Shown: positions 49,640 to 62,296 of the stretch, one piece after another
Layout of the letters: each line of letters starts with the position of its first letter
Numbering within the stretch: position 1 is the stretch's first letter
DNA from: Raja brachyura
Taxonomy: Eukaryota
NCBI GenBank assembly: GCA_963514005.1
Contig: OY740789.1
Coordinates: 68,014,001 to 68,078,000, forward strand
Direction: 5' to 3'
Length of the DNA stretch: 64,000 nucleotides
The notes under the pieces: generated by a model
What the model was told of the DNA's origin: nothing
Databases searched by the model: none
The model's input: the letters and a program-made list of their open reading frames with translations, nothing else
Program-made: the position numbers and the translations under genes

Positions 49640-52600
49640 ATGTAAATAGTAGAAACGTATTCAATAATATGGATGAGCTGCAGGCACAGTTAACCAGTTG
49701 GGGTTACAATATCATGCCAAAACCTAACTAAAATGAAAATGGTGATAGAAACATAGAAAATAGGTACAGGAGGAGATCCTGCGAGCCAGCACCGCCATTC
49801 ATTGTGATCATGGCTGATCATCCCCTATCAATAACCCATGCCTGCCTTCTCCCCATAGGTGGAACGTGCCTTGAATCTACCTTTTTAAGAATAAGAAACA
49901 ATAGAGAGGAGACTTGCATAGGCTATAGACTAGTGGGAAGGATCTAGAACAAGGAAATTGTACAAAGGCAAGCTGAGAACAGTAGGAAAGAGCAGAAAGT
50001 ACAACATTGATCAGTGTATTTCTGACTTAATGGAGATGGCAGCATTGTTGAACGAAAGTAGCAAGTATCAGCGAGGGGAATCACAGGGCAATCATAAAGC
50101 ATGATATCAAAAGATTTAGAATAGCTATGGAAATGGATATAAATAAACTATTGGAATGCAGGAATAGACAATTGAAAGTGGTCAATTTCAATGACATTGG
50201 ACTTGATCTTGCCTGGATCAATTGGAATCAAAGCTTGCAGGGCAAAATTGCACTTCAATAATGGAAAACTAATATGGAGATATTTCAACTAACGTCCCTG
50301 TTTGTTCCCGTGCAAGCGAAGGATAGGAAAATTAAAGTCGGCTTCTTGGATTATTGACTCGAGGATAAAATAGTAAATTATAGGGTAAATGCAATTTTGT
50401 TAATACAAGTGAGGAGGCTGATTACAAAAAGTTCAGAGAGGACATGAAAAGGAAAATGAAAGGCATAGAACAAGACTGGCAGCAAACATAAGAGATTAAA
50501 AAAGTATTGGGTAGAGGATCAGGAAAGGAGTTGGGCAGATCAGAAACCAATATGGAAATCAAATTTTGGGGTCCGAGAGCTTGGCTGAGGTGTTAATTAT
50601 AGTTTCTTTTTTGGAGTCTCATCAAAGAAAGATGTAGTTAAGATTGAGGGTGAAGTAAAATTTGATAAAGATGAGGTACTAGAAATGCTTTATTGAATTA
50701 GTGTATCCTTTGGTTGAGATGGGATACATCCTAGTGACTGAGGGAAGTAGGAACTTGTTGAAGCCTTGGCCATAATTTTCCAAACATCTTCAGATTCACG
50801 AACATTGTATGAGGACTAGAACAATTGTTAGGCTTGTGTTCAAACGTTTGTGGAGATAACACTAGTGACTATGGACCAGAAATACGAGGCTTGACGAAGG
50901 AAGTGCAGTTGAAGTGTTATCTATGGACTTTTATAAGATGATTTCAAAGACTTAGTAGCTTGTCATCAGGTTGATGATAGAAAAGAAATGAAACAGCGTT
51001 AATAGAAAATTAGAGAAGCAATAGGAGCAGTAGTGAAAGTCAGGACCAGAGAGAAATATATAATGATGTTTCCCACGGAGTAGTATTAGAATCATGGTTT
51101 CCATAATATTTTAGACTTGGACATGGGTTGTACAGAGCCCTAGTTAGACCACACCTGGAGTATTGTGTGCAGTTTTGCGGTACTGATTGGGGATGATCAG
51201 CCATGATCACATTGAATGGCGGTGCTGGCTCAAAGGGCTGAATGGCCTGCTCCTGCACCTATTATCTATTGTCTATCCCCTGACTCCGCTATTCGTTAAG
51301 AGCCCTATGTAGCTCTCTTGAAAGTATCCAGAGAACTGGCCTCCACCGCCCTCTGAGGCAGAGAATTCCACAGACTCACAACTCTGTGAAAAAGTGTGTC
51401 CTCATCTCTGTTCTAAATGGCTTACCCCTTATTCTTAAACTGTGGCTCTTGGTTCTGGACTCCCCCAACATCGGGAACATGTTTCCTGCCTCTAGCGTGA
51501 TCAAACCCTTAATAATCTTATATGTTTCAATATAGTTCTCTCTCATCCTTCTAAATTCCAGAGCGTACAAGCCAAGCTGCTCCATTCACTCAGTATACGA
51601 CAGTCCCGCCATCTCGGGAACTAACCTTGTAAACCTACGCTGCACTCCCTCAATAGTAAGAATGTCCTTCTCAAATTAGTGGACCAAAACTGCACACAAT
51701 ACTCCAGGTTTGGTCTCACTAGGGCCTGGTACAACTGCAGAAGGACCTCTTTACTCCTATACTCAACTCCTCTTGTTATGAAGGCCAACATGCCATTCGC
51801 TTTCTTTACTGTCTGCTGTACCTGCATGCTTACTTTCATTGACTGATAAACATTGACCCCCAGATCCCATTGTACTCCCCCTTTTCCCAATTTGACATCA
51901 TTTAGATAATAATCTGCCTTCCTGTTTTTGCTACCAAAGTGGATAACCTCACATTTATTCTCATTAAACTGCATCTGCCCACTCACCCAACCTGTCCAAG
52001 TCACCCTGCATTCTCATAGCATCCTCCTCACAGTTCACACTGTCATCCAACTTCGTGTCATCTGCAAATTTGCTAATGTTACTTTGAATCCCTTCATCTA
52101 AATCATTGATGTATGTTGTAAATAGCTGCAGTCACAGCACCGAGCCTTGCGGTACCCCACTAGTCACTGCCTGCCGTTCTGAAAGGGACCCGTTAATCCT
52201 TACACTTTGTTTCCTGTCTGCCAACCAATTTTCAATCCATGTCAGCACTCTACGTCAGATGGTGGGGTTGGTATTTATGCATAGTTTTAAAATAGCAATC
52301 CATACTACAATGGTGATTTTATATTTTTAAAGAAGCATTGGGATTTGTGCTTTTTTTAAAATAAATAGGCACAGAGCACAAGAGCAAGAAAACCATGATG
52401 AACTTCGAAAGATCACGTTCGGGTTGGACTTTTGTGTTGGTCGATGGGTGATATGTTTAAGAAAGGTGGAAAGGCTTTGAGAGGGTACAGAAGAAGTGTA
52501 CTTAAATTATTCCATCAACAATGAACTTCAATTATGTTTGGTTATGTCGATGGAATGTTAGTTCGAATCATGAAATATACAGACAGTAGATGAAGAGGAA

Positions 52601-52915
52601 CTCTTCCTTTGGTGGAGGCATCATGAGAGGACATTGTCAATTTTTTCAATAAATCAACCTTATTTAAAGTTGATTTCATGAAATAAAGTTGAGGGTAACA
52701 TTTTCCATATAGAGGGTGATGGGTATATGGAATGATCTGCCAGAGGAGGTAGTTGAGGCAGGTGCATTAATAGCATTTAAAATACATTTGGACAGGTAAA
52801 TGGATAGGAAAGGCTTATAGGGATATGGGCCAAACACCGTATAGACGGAGCAACCTGGTCAACATAAGCAAGTTGGGCTGAAGGGCCTGTTTCCATACTG
52901 TATGACCCTATGACT
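49640..52915 (+). mobile_element. Very old CR1 LINE (plus) hosting younger CR1 pieces
   Basis: Residual motifs gatgggatacatcctag (DGIHP), tatctatggacttt, gtttcccacggagtagtattag, 3' tail gggctgaagggcctgtttcc. Confidence 0.5.
51127..52252 (-). mobile_element. Younger CR1 RT/3' fragment with rearranged (inverted) 3' terminus
   Basis: ORFs 51376..51585 and 51621..52004 on minus; terminal ~100 bp lies on plus at ~51179-51275. Confidence 0.85.
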
Positions 52916-53499
52916 AAAATGAACATGAGTGAAAAAACTGTATATATTAAGAGTTTGGAATGCAGGAAGTTGTGGTGGAGGAAGATTTGATTTAGCAGGA
53001 AGCAATTAATTTATAGGGTTGTGGAGAGGAAGCGGTACGAGTGAGATTTGTAGAAATTCTTCATGGAGCTGCTACAAACTCAATGTGCACGGAGTCTCCT
53101 ACCATGCTGTAACCATTGTAGGTTAACCTCTACTTGGGATGAAAATTGGTGGTATGCATTGTAAGATAGAACAGGAATGGAGAGATTTAGAAAGCTGTTC
53201 TGATCATTAATTTTTACAGAAACTGTTAGGCACAATATTTTGGTTCTCAATTGAACTTTAACTCCTTTGGCCCAGTACCAGGCATTCTCTGTTGTACGTG
53301 TTTTTTTTTAATGTATTGCTTCTACCTATTGTGTACCTTGGTTATATCTTAAACATTTTCAAGAATAACTGACCTTGCAGGGGAGAGTCCCTTTTCCAGG
53401 ATGCGGCACCCCATTGCACTCCGCTGATGCTTTTGACGTCCCCAAATGTGGGATACTCAACTGTACAATTTGTGGTAGTGGGAACTGCGTTCGAGCTCC

Positions 53500-53766
53500 A
53501 AAGGGTGGCAAAGTAGCGCTGGGGTAGAGCTCCTGCCCTACAGCGCCAGAAACCCAGGTTCGATTCTGAATAAGGGGATTGCTGTCTGTATGGATTTTGT
53601 GCGTTCTCCCCGTGACCACGTGGGTTTACTCTGGGTGCTCTGGTTTCCTCCCACGATCCAAAGACTTAAATTGTCCCAAATGTGTCGAATAGTGTTAGTG
53701 TGCAGGATCGCTGGACTGCATGGACCTGTTGGGCCTGCTTTCGCGCTGTCTCTCTAAAGTCTAAAG
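53500..53766 (+). mobile_element. tRNA-derived V-SINE (HE1-like), near full length
   Basis: A-box-like tagcgctggggtagag, B box ggttcgattc, V-domain, (ctaaagt)n tail. Confidence 0.85.
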
Positions 53767-54344
53767 TTCGCCCTCTAAATCAATACCTTTGTTGTATTGG
53801 TTCTGTCACACGCACATGCTAAGTAGAATTGTTAAATAAAGGTTTCTAAACAATGAAGGGAAGTATGGTGATAGACTAGGAAGATGTACAATACCTCCTG
53901 TTAGCAACTTATTATGGAAATGAGTCAAAGCCTTGTTGACTTTCCAATGTGTGATGAATTGCATCAGGCTGATGGGTTGGCTGACCCAAGCTGTATCTAT
54001 TACAGGTCACCTTCATTAATTGTTTGTAGTTGCAAATGGAACACAAGAAGCAAATGAATACTGTTCAAGCTTTTCTCTTCTAATGGCACAACATTTGTCT
54101 TCAAACATACTTCATTATGAGGACTGTTAATTCACCGTGCTTTGGAAAGTCCATCCAGGCTATGACTAAATTCCATAAAGTATAGAAACAAATACAATAT
54201 ATTTGGCTGGGAGGTGGAAATTGGAGATAAACCTTTGGGGAAACGTTCATTCTTTCATGTGAAAGGAAAAGAAAAATCAACATTGTCCTTACGAGATAGA
54301 CTTGGTTGTATAATTTGAAGTTCAAATATCCAATGGCATAATTT

Positions 54345-56930
54345 TGTTTTGGTAAGTTTATTATTGTAATGTGCACAGAGAAAGTGAGAAACTACTCTAT
54401 ATGCTATATAGGCAAATCATACTATACATGAGTACATCTGGTAGTGCGACTATGAAAATAGAGTGCAGGATGTAGGGTTGCAGTTGCAAAGAAAGGGTAG
54501 ATAAAAATAAGCGCAAGGGCCACAATGAGGTAGATCGGAAATTCACCCAATTGAGATGTCCAGGAGTTGAGAATTGAGATGTTTAAGAGCCTGATGTCAG
54601 CGAGGAAGAACCCGAGGCAGACACAAAAGGCTGGAGTAGCTCAGCAGGTCAGGCAGCATATCTGGAGAAAACGAATAGGTGACATTTTGTGCCAAGACCC
54701 TTCTGAACTTGAATCTGGTGGTATGTGCTTTTACTCATTTGTATCTTATGCCTGACAGAAGAGGAAAGAAGAGAGAATAACTGGAATGTGAGTGGTTTAA
54801 TTTATTAGTTTTAGTTTAGAGATACAGTGTAGAAACAGGTCCTTCGGCCCAACATGTCCGCACTGAACAGCGATTTCCCTTTACACTAGCACTATCCCAC
54901 ACACTAGAGAAAATTTACAATTTTTACCGAAGACAATTAACCTACTAACCTGTGCGTCTTTGGAATGTGGGAGGAAAATGGAGCACTTGGAGAAAACCCA
55001 CACAGATACTGGGGGAACGTACCAATACTGTATAGTAAGGCAGCAACTCTACCACTGCACCACTGTGTAACCCCGGTTCTTGATTTGTATATTAGCTGCT
55101 GTCTTGAGGCATCGTGAAGTATCGATGAAGTTGTGGGGGTGGGTGGGGCTACTTTGCATGTGGATGGGGCACATCCACAGTTCTCTGCAATTCCTTCCCT
55201 TCCTGGACAGAGTGGTTGCCACACCAAGCTGAGGGGAATCTGAACTGGATTTTTCTATGGTGTACCTATAGAAATTGTAAGAGACATTGGGAACGTGCCA
55301 AATTTCCTTTGCCTTCTGAAGAACTAAAGGCATTTAGTGCGCTTTCTTAGCTGTAGCTACAATGTGGTTGCACTAGGACATTGTTGTTGATATTTACACC
55401 GAGGAACTTCAAGCTTTCATCGACCATCTTCATTTCAACACCATTGATACAGACTGGGGAACATACTGTGCCCTGCTTCAAGTCGACAATCAGTGCCTTC
55501 ATTTTGCTGACATTGATGGAGAGCTTGTTGTCTCGTCACCATGCTACAAAGCTCTCTATCTCCTTCCTGTACTCTGTCTCATAATTGTTTGAGAACTGCC
55601 CACCATGGTGGTTTCATCTGTAACTTTATAGAGTTGGAACAGAATTTGGCGCCACATTCTTGAGTGTATATAGAGGGTATAGTAAGGAGCTAAGAACACG
55701 TACTGTATATTGAGAATTATTGTGGAGGATTTTTTTTATCGCCTCTCCTTACTTCTTATTGAGTCCACCCACAAGATTAGAAGCACTTCTCGGCATCTGC
55801 ATACAATGGCGTCTGTCTTGTCGCTGCTTGTGCTTGGTGGCGGAAAGATTGGTGGAAGCAGGGCCGCGACGTGAATGCTCTTTCCTTGACCCTGCCTGCC
55901 CTTACTGATTATGGTCTAATGGTCAAGAAATCAAGGATCCAGTTGCAGTCGGGGGTACAGAGTCCTACGTCCAGGAGTTTGGAGACCAGTTTGGTGGAAT
56001 TCTGGCATTGACGTCAACAAATAAGAGTCTGACCTAGATGTCCCTGTTATCTAGATGTTCCGGAGATGTGTGCAGGGCCAGGGAGAGGGAGTCTGATTTG
56101 GACCTATTACGGTGGTTGGCAAATTACAGTGCATGAAGAGATCTGGGAGGCTAGAATTGATGTACTCCATGAACAGCCTCTCGAAGCCCTTCATGATGAA
56201 GGATATCAATGTCATCAACAGTAGTCGTTAAGGCACGCTACCGTTTTTCTTTGACACTGGGGTGACAATGGTCTTAAAGCAGGTAAGAACCTCTGATTGA
56301 AGGAGAGAGAGGTTAAAGATGTCTATGAATATACCGGCCTGCTGGTCTGGACAGGTTCTTGAGTCACAGCTGGGGACCTCCCCCTGGCCAGTTAATTTCT
56401 ATGGTTTCACTCAGGCAAGCTGATCTGACGTCTGCGACAATAACCATTATTTCAGCTGCACCAATGGCATTCAGGGCAGGTTACATGATTTCACTGACAT
56501 TCTGTTCAAAACGAGAATAGAATGCCTTGAATTTGTTAGGGAGGAATACATTGTCGCCAGCAATTCTGCCTAACTTTGCTTTGTAGACTGTTAAGCAGGT
56601 ATGTCTTTCCACAATCAGCGGGTGTCTGTGTCGTTATTCTGGGACTGTAGCTTGGTCTGGAATTGCCTCATGGCATCAAGGCTCTGTGATGGTCATACCT
56701 AGATTTCTTGTACTGTTTGGATCACTTGATTTGAATGCCGCAGAAGTGGTTTTCACTTGAGAGTGGATCTCATGGCTCCTGGTTGGGGAACACTTGGATC
56801 GACTTCTTTAGCACACAGACCTCTACACACTTGGCTGAGTGCCTGAGGCGGCAGTCGTGTACTTATTTAAGATAGTTGCAGAATGTTTGAATGTGGATTA
56901 GTCCATCAAGTGAAATCAGTCACACTGGAG
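54345..56930 (-). mobile_element. Long decayed Rex1/Babar LINE with SINE and Penelope-derived insertions
   Basis: cttcaagtcgacaatcagtgccttcattttgctgacattgatggagagcttg (LSINVSK..LIVDL), cagcctctcgaagcccttcatgatg (IMKGFERL). Confidence 0.7.
54808..55075 (-). mobile_element. V-SINE (HE1-like)
   Basis: gaaacaggtccttcggccc tail, gtgggaggaaa V-domain, actctaccactgcaccactgtg reverse A box. Confidence 0.8.
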
Positions 56931-56936
56931 TTCATC

Positions 56937-57097
56937 TGTGTAGGAAAGAACTGCAGATGCTGGTTTAATTCGAAGGTAGACACAAAATGCTGGAGTAACT
57001 CAGTGGGTCAAGCAGTATCTCTGGAGAGAAGGAATGGGTTACATTTCAGGTCGAGACCCTTCTGTCCCACTGAGTTACTCCAGCATTTTGTGTCTAC
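56937..57097. repeat. Penelope-derived palindromic repeat (right arm partly deleted)
   Basis: gacacaaaatgctggagtaactcagtggg ... cccactgagttactccagcattttgtgtc. Confidence 0.8.
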
Positions 57098-57513
57098 CCT
57101 GGAGCTTTAATTTCTGCTTGAAAACATTTAGTCCGACTGATGCACGGTCTGATGGTCAGATATTCCAAAATGACTACAGTGAATGAAGCAACCTTATCTT
57201 CGATTGTTGTGTTGCAGGGGCCAAGGGCGTTTGGGCCAGGAGTTGTGTTGGTAATATTTTAGTAATTCGGAAATTAATTGTAACTATTTTGAACGGTGTG
57301 TAATTGTTTCCTGGTGATTGAGTGCATTCCATTTTTGCCATGTACCTATCATGATACAACCCCAGTGCATTGAATTTTGAATCTGGAAGTTTCCATTAGT
57401 AGTTGCATAAATGAAAATTAAAAAGTTAATCATCACGGCTAATTTTGATTTGTATTTGTACTCTCAGGTTAAATGGAACCTGCCTTTGGAACCCTGAAGA
57501 TCCAGGCTGACTT

Positions 57514-57621
57514 ATGCACTGCATAGCAGCTATTCCAAAAGGGACCACAGACATGAGCGGGGGAGGCGAGCAGCCTGACATATTGTCAGTTGGTTTCTTA
57601 GTAAAGGAACGATGGAAAGTG
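57514..57621 (+). CDS. TTBK2: First coding exon of tau-tubulin kinase (TTBK2-like); exon spans 57468-57621
   Basis: Encodes [36 protein letters not shown], matching recalled TTBK2 [23 protein letters not shown]; acceptor ctctcAG at 57466-57467, phase-0 donor GTG|GTGAGT at 57622. Second ATG at 57553. Confidence 0.92.
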
Positions 57622-58084
57622 GTGAGTACATTAAAGTTTTGTTATTTTGTGTACTTTGTTAAATGCTGGAAAGTGACACAATATATTTTTAAAAATTGGA
57701 AAATCCTGGAAATACCTAAATGGCCAAGCAGTATCTGAGGAGCATGAAGCAGAATTTTGCAGTGATAAGAAAAAGTTAGAAATAAATGAGATACAATGTG
57801 TAATGAAAGGAAAAAAGAGGAAGAAAGGACAAAACAGAAGATGACCTGATGGCTTCGAAGGAAGGAGACAATAAATGATAGAAGAAATTTATAAATAAGT
57901 TATAATTGTGTTCTTTTGATTCCCATAATATATTAATGCATGGTCTCCAATTTTCTTTTGAATTGTAGTCTGTGTGTTTTCTTTTTGCTCCTTTTATTGA
58001 TTTAAATTTGTTTTTGCCATAAGTGTATCATGTGCAAATAATTGACAATCTACTAATTTCAAAGCACTTTATCAAATTTGTAAG

Positions 58085-58725
58085 AAAGCGTGCCATCGCC
58101 TCTACTTAGAAGTTTAGAGGTTTGGTATGTCTCCAAATACTACAAACATTTATACATGTACTCTGAAAAGTATTGTTAATGGTTGCTTTGTGGCTTGGTG
58201 TTGCAGTGCCAACACAAGATAGCAAGAGATTGCAAAGAGTGGCAGACTTGGCCTGGTCCATCACGGGCACAGCCCTCCCCACCATTGAAAGTGGCTGCAT
58301 GAGGTGCTGCTTCAAGAAGGTGGCATTTATCATAAAGGATCTCAACTATCTGTGCCATGCCCTCTTTTCACTGCTACCATTGGGCACGAGGTGCAGAAGC
58401 CCGAAGTCTCACACCACCCACGTTCAGGAACAGCTACTATCCTACAACTAACATGTTCTTGAAACAACTGACTTAATCCGAATCCTATCTCGACAAAAGA
58501 ACAAAGTCCACATCTAGCACTACTCAAGACCTTTTTTCCAATTATGTTTTTTCACTCGTGTCTAGTTTTTTGCATTGTATTTATTTTAGAATGTTGTGTA
58601 ATTTATACTTGATTTATGTATATCTGCCTGAGATGCTGCTGCTAGCAAGATTTTTCAGTGTGCCTGTACCTTGCCATAATAAATTTGTACTTGAGTTTGT
58701 TTACACCCTGGCGATAAGATGTGAT
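58085..58725 (+). mobile_element. Rex1/Babar LINE 3' fragment
   Basis: QDSKRLQRVADLAWSITGTALPTIE, HALFSLLPLGTRCRS. Confidence 0.75.
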
Positions 58726-60515
58726 CTCAGCTCTCTTCGAGGCATAACAACATTCATAAACAAGGCATAAGTTGATATTTGTGGTGAAATTAGAAAAATA
58801 AATTACAGTAGGAGTTTGAAATATGATGGCTTCTATCTATTAATATATTCTGCAAAAGGTCTTCAGGTTGCTGTGTGGAAAGGATTGATAGTTGACTTGG
58901 TACTTTTGTGCATAGAATTCTCATTTGTTTTTAACGTTTTTCAGCAGCAAGCAAAAACAAAGCTTTAACATTTGATTTTGATGATTTGCTGTGTCACAGG
59001 AAATTTCTGCAGGAATTTCTTCCTGGTGTGTATTATTGTACTATCTCGAAGCTTTAATCCTGATTCATTCTTTTTGCCTCCTCGGTTGGTGTTTTTGCTT
59101 GATATTCTTGCTTAATGATCGAACTTAAATTGAGAACAGCCATCTACCTTGAGATTAAAAATCCAAGTGCATGTCTCCCATGTCTGGTATTGAAACTGAA
59201 GGGCCATGTGAAAGATAGCGTATGGAGGTTATAGCTGGCCGTGGGGGCCAGAGTCAAATCAAAAGTACGGGCTTGGTCTTAGACCTCTAGTTCAACTATC
59301 CTTTGTGCCCATCATTGCCTGATTACCAGGTTCAGAGGACCCAAGACATATACCAAAAACTGGTGCCACTAACTGAAGTGTATAGCAAAAACTGGAATTA
59401 TGGATACAGTATTCTTGATTGTAGGGAGCACCTGATCATCAGTTACGATGTACGCATGGTGTTGCAGGGTATTGCCTTTACTAGCCTATGGTGCTGCTAC
59501 AATTATCCATGCTATTTTTCAGATTATTTGAAGATTGCAAATTGGTTGTGTACTCAGAAATGTGAAGCATGTATCTCCAGAGACAGGGGGATGTCATTGT
59601 AATGGCTAATTCAGTGCGTGGCTGTATCGAATAGATGACCCGCTGTGCTTCTGTTTGTCCACAGAATTGAACATAGCAACTTAGAGAATGGAACAATACA
59701 GCATAGGAACAGGCCCTTTGGCCCACAGTTTTTGTGCCAAACATGAAGCCTAGTTAAACTAATTTCTTCTGCCAGCACCCAATTCATATCCCTCCATTCC
59801 CTACACATCCATGTGCCTATGTAAAAGCCACAGGATGTCCCTACAGCTAAACATTTTATCCAGACAAATATGTTTGGTAGTTAGACAGTGAGTAATGTGG
59901 AATGACCTTCAAACCCTAAAGGAAAATTAAATGCTGGATTCTGTTGGATAGTCTTCCTGAGTAGTTTAAAGTCATTTGGCTGAATGGAGCTTCCTTGGCT
60001 GGTGGTGGGAAGGGGCCTCGCTGTCCGATGTTATGTTCAGTTGGTGTGACATTGCTACTGCACACTGCCCAAGAGATGGCTGTGTTGGGAATGACACTGT
60101 TTTTTCATCCACTAGTAAAATGCTTATTTACAAAGCAGGCTTGGAAGGAGAGGCTGTAGAGGTTGAGGAACACTGAACAGCAGCTTAAAATATAATCAGC
60201 TGAATGGATTGTACCCAGGAACAGAAGCAACTGTCAACTGCTGCTGGAAGATGGTCAGTTTTTGAAAGATGTTCCATGGCCGTTCTGAACTCGCTGACCT
60301 TCCAGTGCAAAGAGTTGTTCACAGACTGGCACAAGCTGTGTATATGGTGGAAAAGCTACATTTTATTATAAAAACACCTGCAAACGCAGGGTCTGAGACC
60401 TATGTGAAAACCTCTTTGGACTCTTTGTTTAAGGAATCTGCATAAATGAATAGTGATGTCCTGCTGATGTAATGACATTTCATACATCCTTCAATAAATA
60501 TTATTTTATAATTCA

Positions 60516-62296
60516 CTAGACCAAGTGGGACCTGTTGGGTCCCTGTCACACGGGAGGGGTGGTCCTCAAATGCAATATTCCACCATTCACCTACAGCCCC
60601 CAGCTGCGCAGGCGCGGCTGATGGGTTCCCATTGTGATGCCAGAGATCCCCGTTGTGACGCGAGTCCCGGCAACCCTCCCCAAGTGTGCCTCGCCATCCC
60701 TCTTCCTCCCCTATCCTCCTCCGTTCCCCCTCATCCCCTAGTACTCCCTCCCCTCCTGGTCACCCTCTTTGTTCCCCTCTCCTTCTCCCCTCCCCCACTC
60801 CCTCACCTCTCCTTTCCCCCTACCCTCAGTCACTCCCTCCCGTCCTCCATAACCCCTCTCCCCTCCACTCCCCTCCAATGTCATTGTGAGGTGGAAGCTG
60901 CTGTGTTTTTCAAAACTTTTTTTTAATGCAAATGAGATCCCATTGATGCAATAGTGCAACGCTGCTGTGTTTTTAAATGGGAGTTTTTAAAATGTAAATG
61001 AGATCCCATTGTGATGTCATTGTGGGCTGACAGGCAGTTTATGTAAAGTTTAAAATGTGAATAACTTGTAAAATATACCATAAATTTGAACAAAGCTTGA
61101 TACACCACAGGGCAATGTAAGGTAGGGCAAATATTGGAGCGTTATTGTGTACCGTTTTGGCGTAATTTCAGGAACACACGAATGCGCGCACACACACAGA
61201 CACATAATGAGAGTATTATTAATATATTTATTGGACCTGTTGGACCCTGTCCTCAAAGCAATAATCCACCACTCACCCTTTCCCCAACACAACCCGTTTC
61301 CACCACTCACCCATTCCCCCAACGCAACCCGTTCCCCTATGTAAGATTCCACCACTCAGCCGTTGGATCCCTGTCACACGGGAGGCCTGGTCCCCCAACG
61401 CAACCCGTTTCCCAATGTAAGATTCCACCACTCACCCATTCCCCCACCGCAACCAGTTTCCCCCAATGCAGTATTCCATCCATTCCCCCAATGCAGGACC
61501 CATAGCCCCTAACTGTGCAGGTCATTTTAAACTTTAAAAAAAAATGCAATTACACAAAAACTTTATGTGATGTAGGTGCCACTGACAAGACCATCTTTTG
61601 TAATCCAAATATAATCATTAAACTTTGCTGTGCTGGGCTAGGCTGGCAGATTCTTCCCTTTTGTTATCCAAATCTAATCATTAAACTTTGCTGTGCTAGG
61701 TTAGGCTGGCAAAAATTATTTCCCTGAAGGACATTTGCTGCGAAGGACTTGGTGTTCTGGGATAGAAACATTGTAGCTGGTAGGGCATTGTGACATCATA
61801 ACTGCCTAACTGCCAGTGCAGATTTGAAGAAATCCAATTTTTAAATGCCAGTTTAAAACTTTTAAATTCTTCCCCACTATGTCCCTCTCCTTACAACAGT
61901 GTAAAAACACTCTCATAGCTTGCGTATTGGCAGTAGAGATCACGTTGTGATGTCATTTAAAGTTTTCGGAATCATCACAGCAGCTTGTGTAAATGAGATC
62001 CCATTGTGATTGGACGACTGTTGCCATTGTGTCATCGTCACTGGAAGCTGCTGGAAGAATCTCCCTCTCAAAGGCAGTTATTATTTTCAAAGTTGGCTTT
62101 TTAAAAACTTTATATATCAATAAAGTTAAAATAAAATAAAATCTGAAGGAATGCTGTAAGAACGACGACGGGAAAAAGCCGAGTAAGGTTCTGCAACCAT
62201 TTTTGTGCTATTGTGTATTGTTTTGGTGTAGTTCTGTGACATCGCATGTACGCAGACAGACAGACGTCCAAACAAGACGAGACAGTATAATATAGA
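60516..62296 (-). mobile_element. Tandem/composite non-autonomous Helitrons (~60516-61226 and ~61228-62296)
   Basis: Minus strand 3' end ggacccaacaggtcccacttggtCTAG|T at 60516; 5' end A|TCTATATTATAC at 62296; internal 5'-like end at ~61226 abutting a second 3' hairpin at ~61232. Confidence 0.72.

Noticed and set aside
53500-53580. tRNA gene candidate
   Set aside because: A/B boxes continue into a V-SINE body and CR1-like tail; no complete cloverleaf.
57622-57738. Continuation of ORF 57514..57738 beyond KERWKV
   Set aside because: Similarity to TTBK ends exactly at a GTGAGT donor; the rest is intron read-through.
61290-61500. CRISPR-like spaced repeats
   Set aside because: Irregular degenerate Helitron subterminal repeats in eukaryotic DNA; no constant repeat/spacer lengths, no cas genes.
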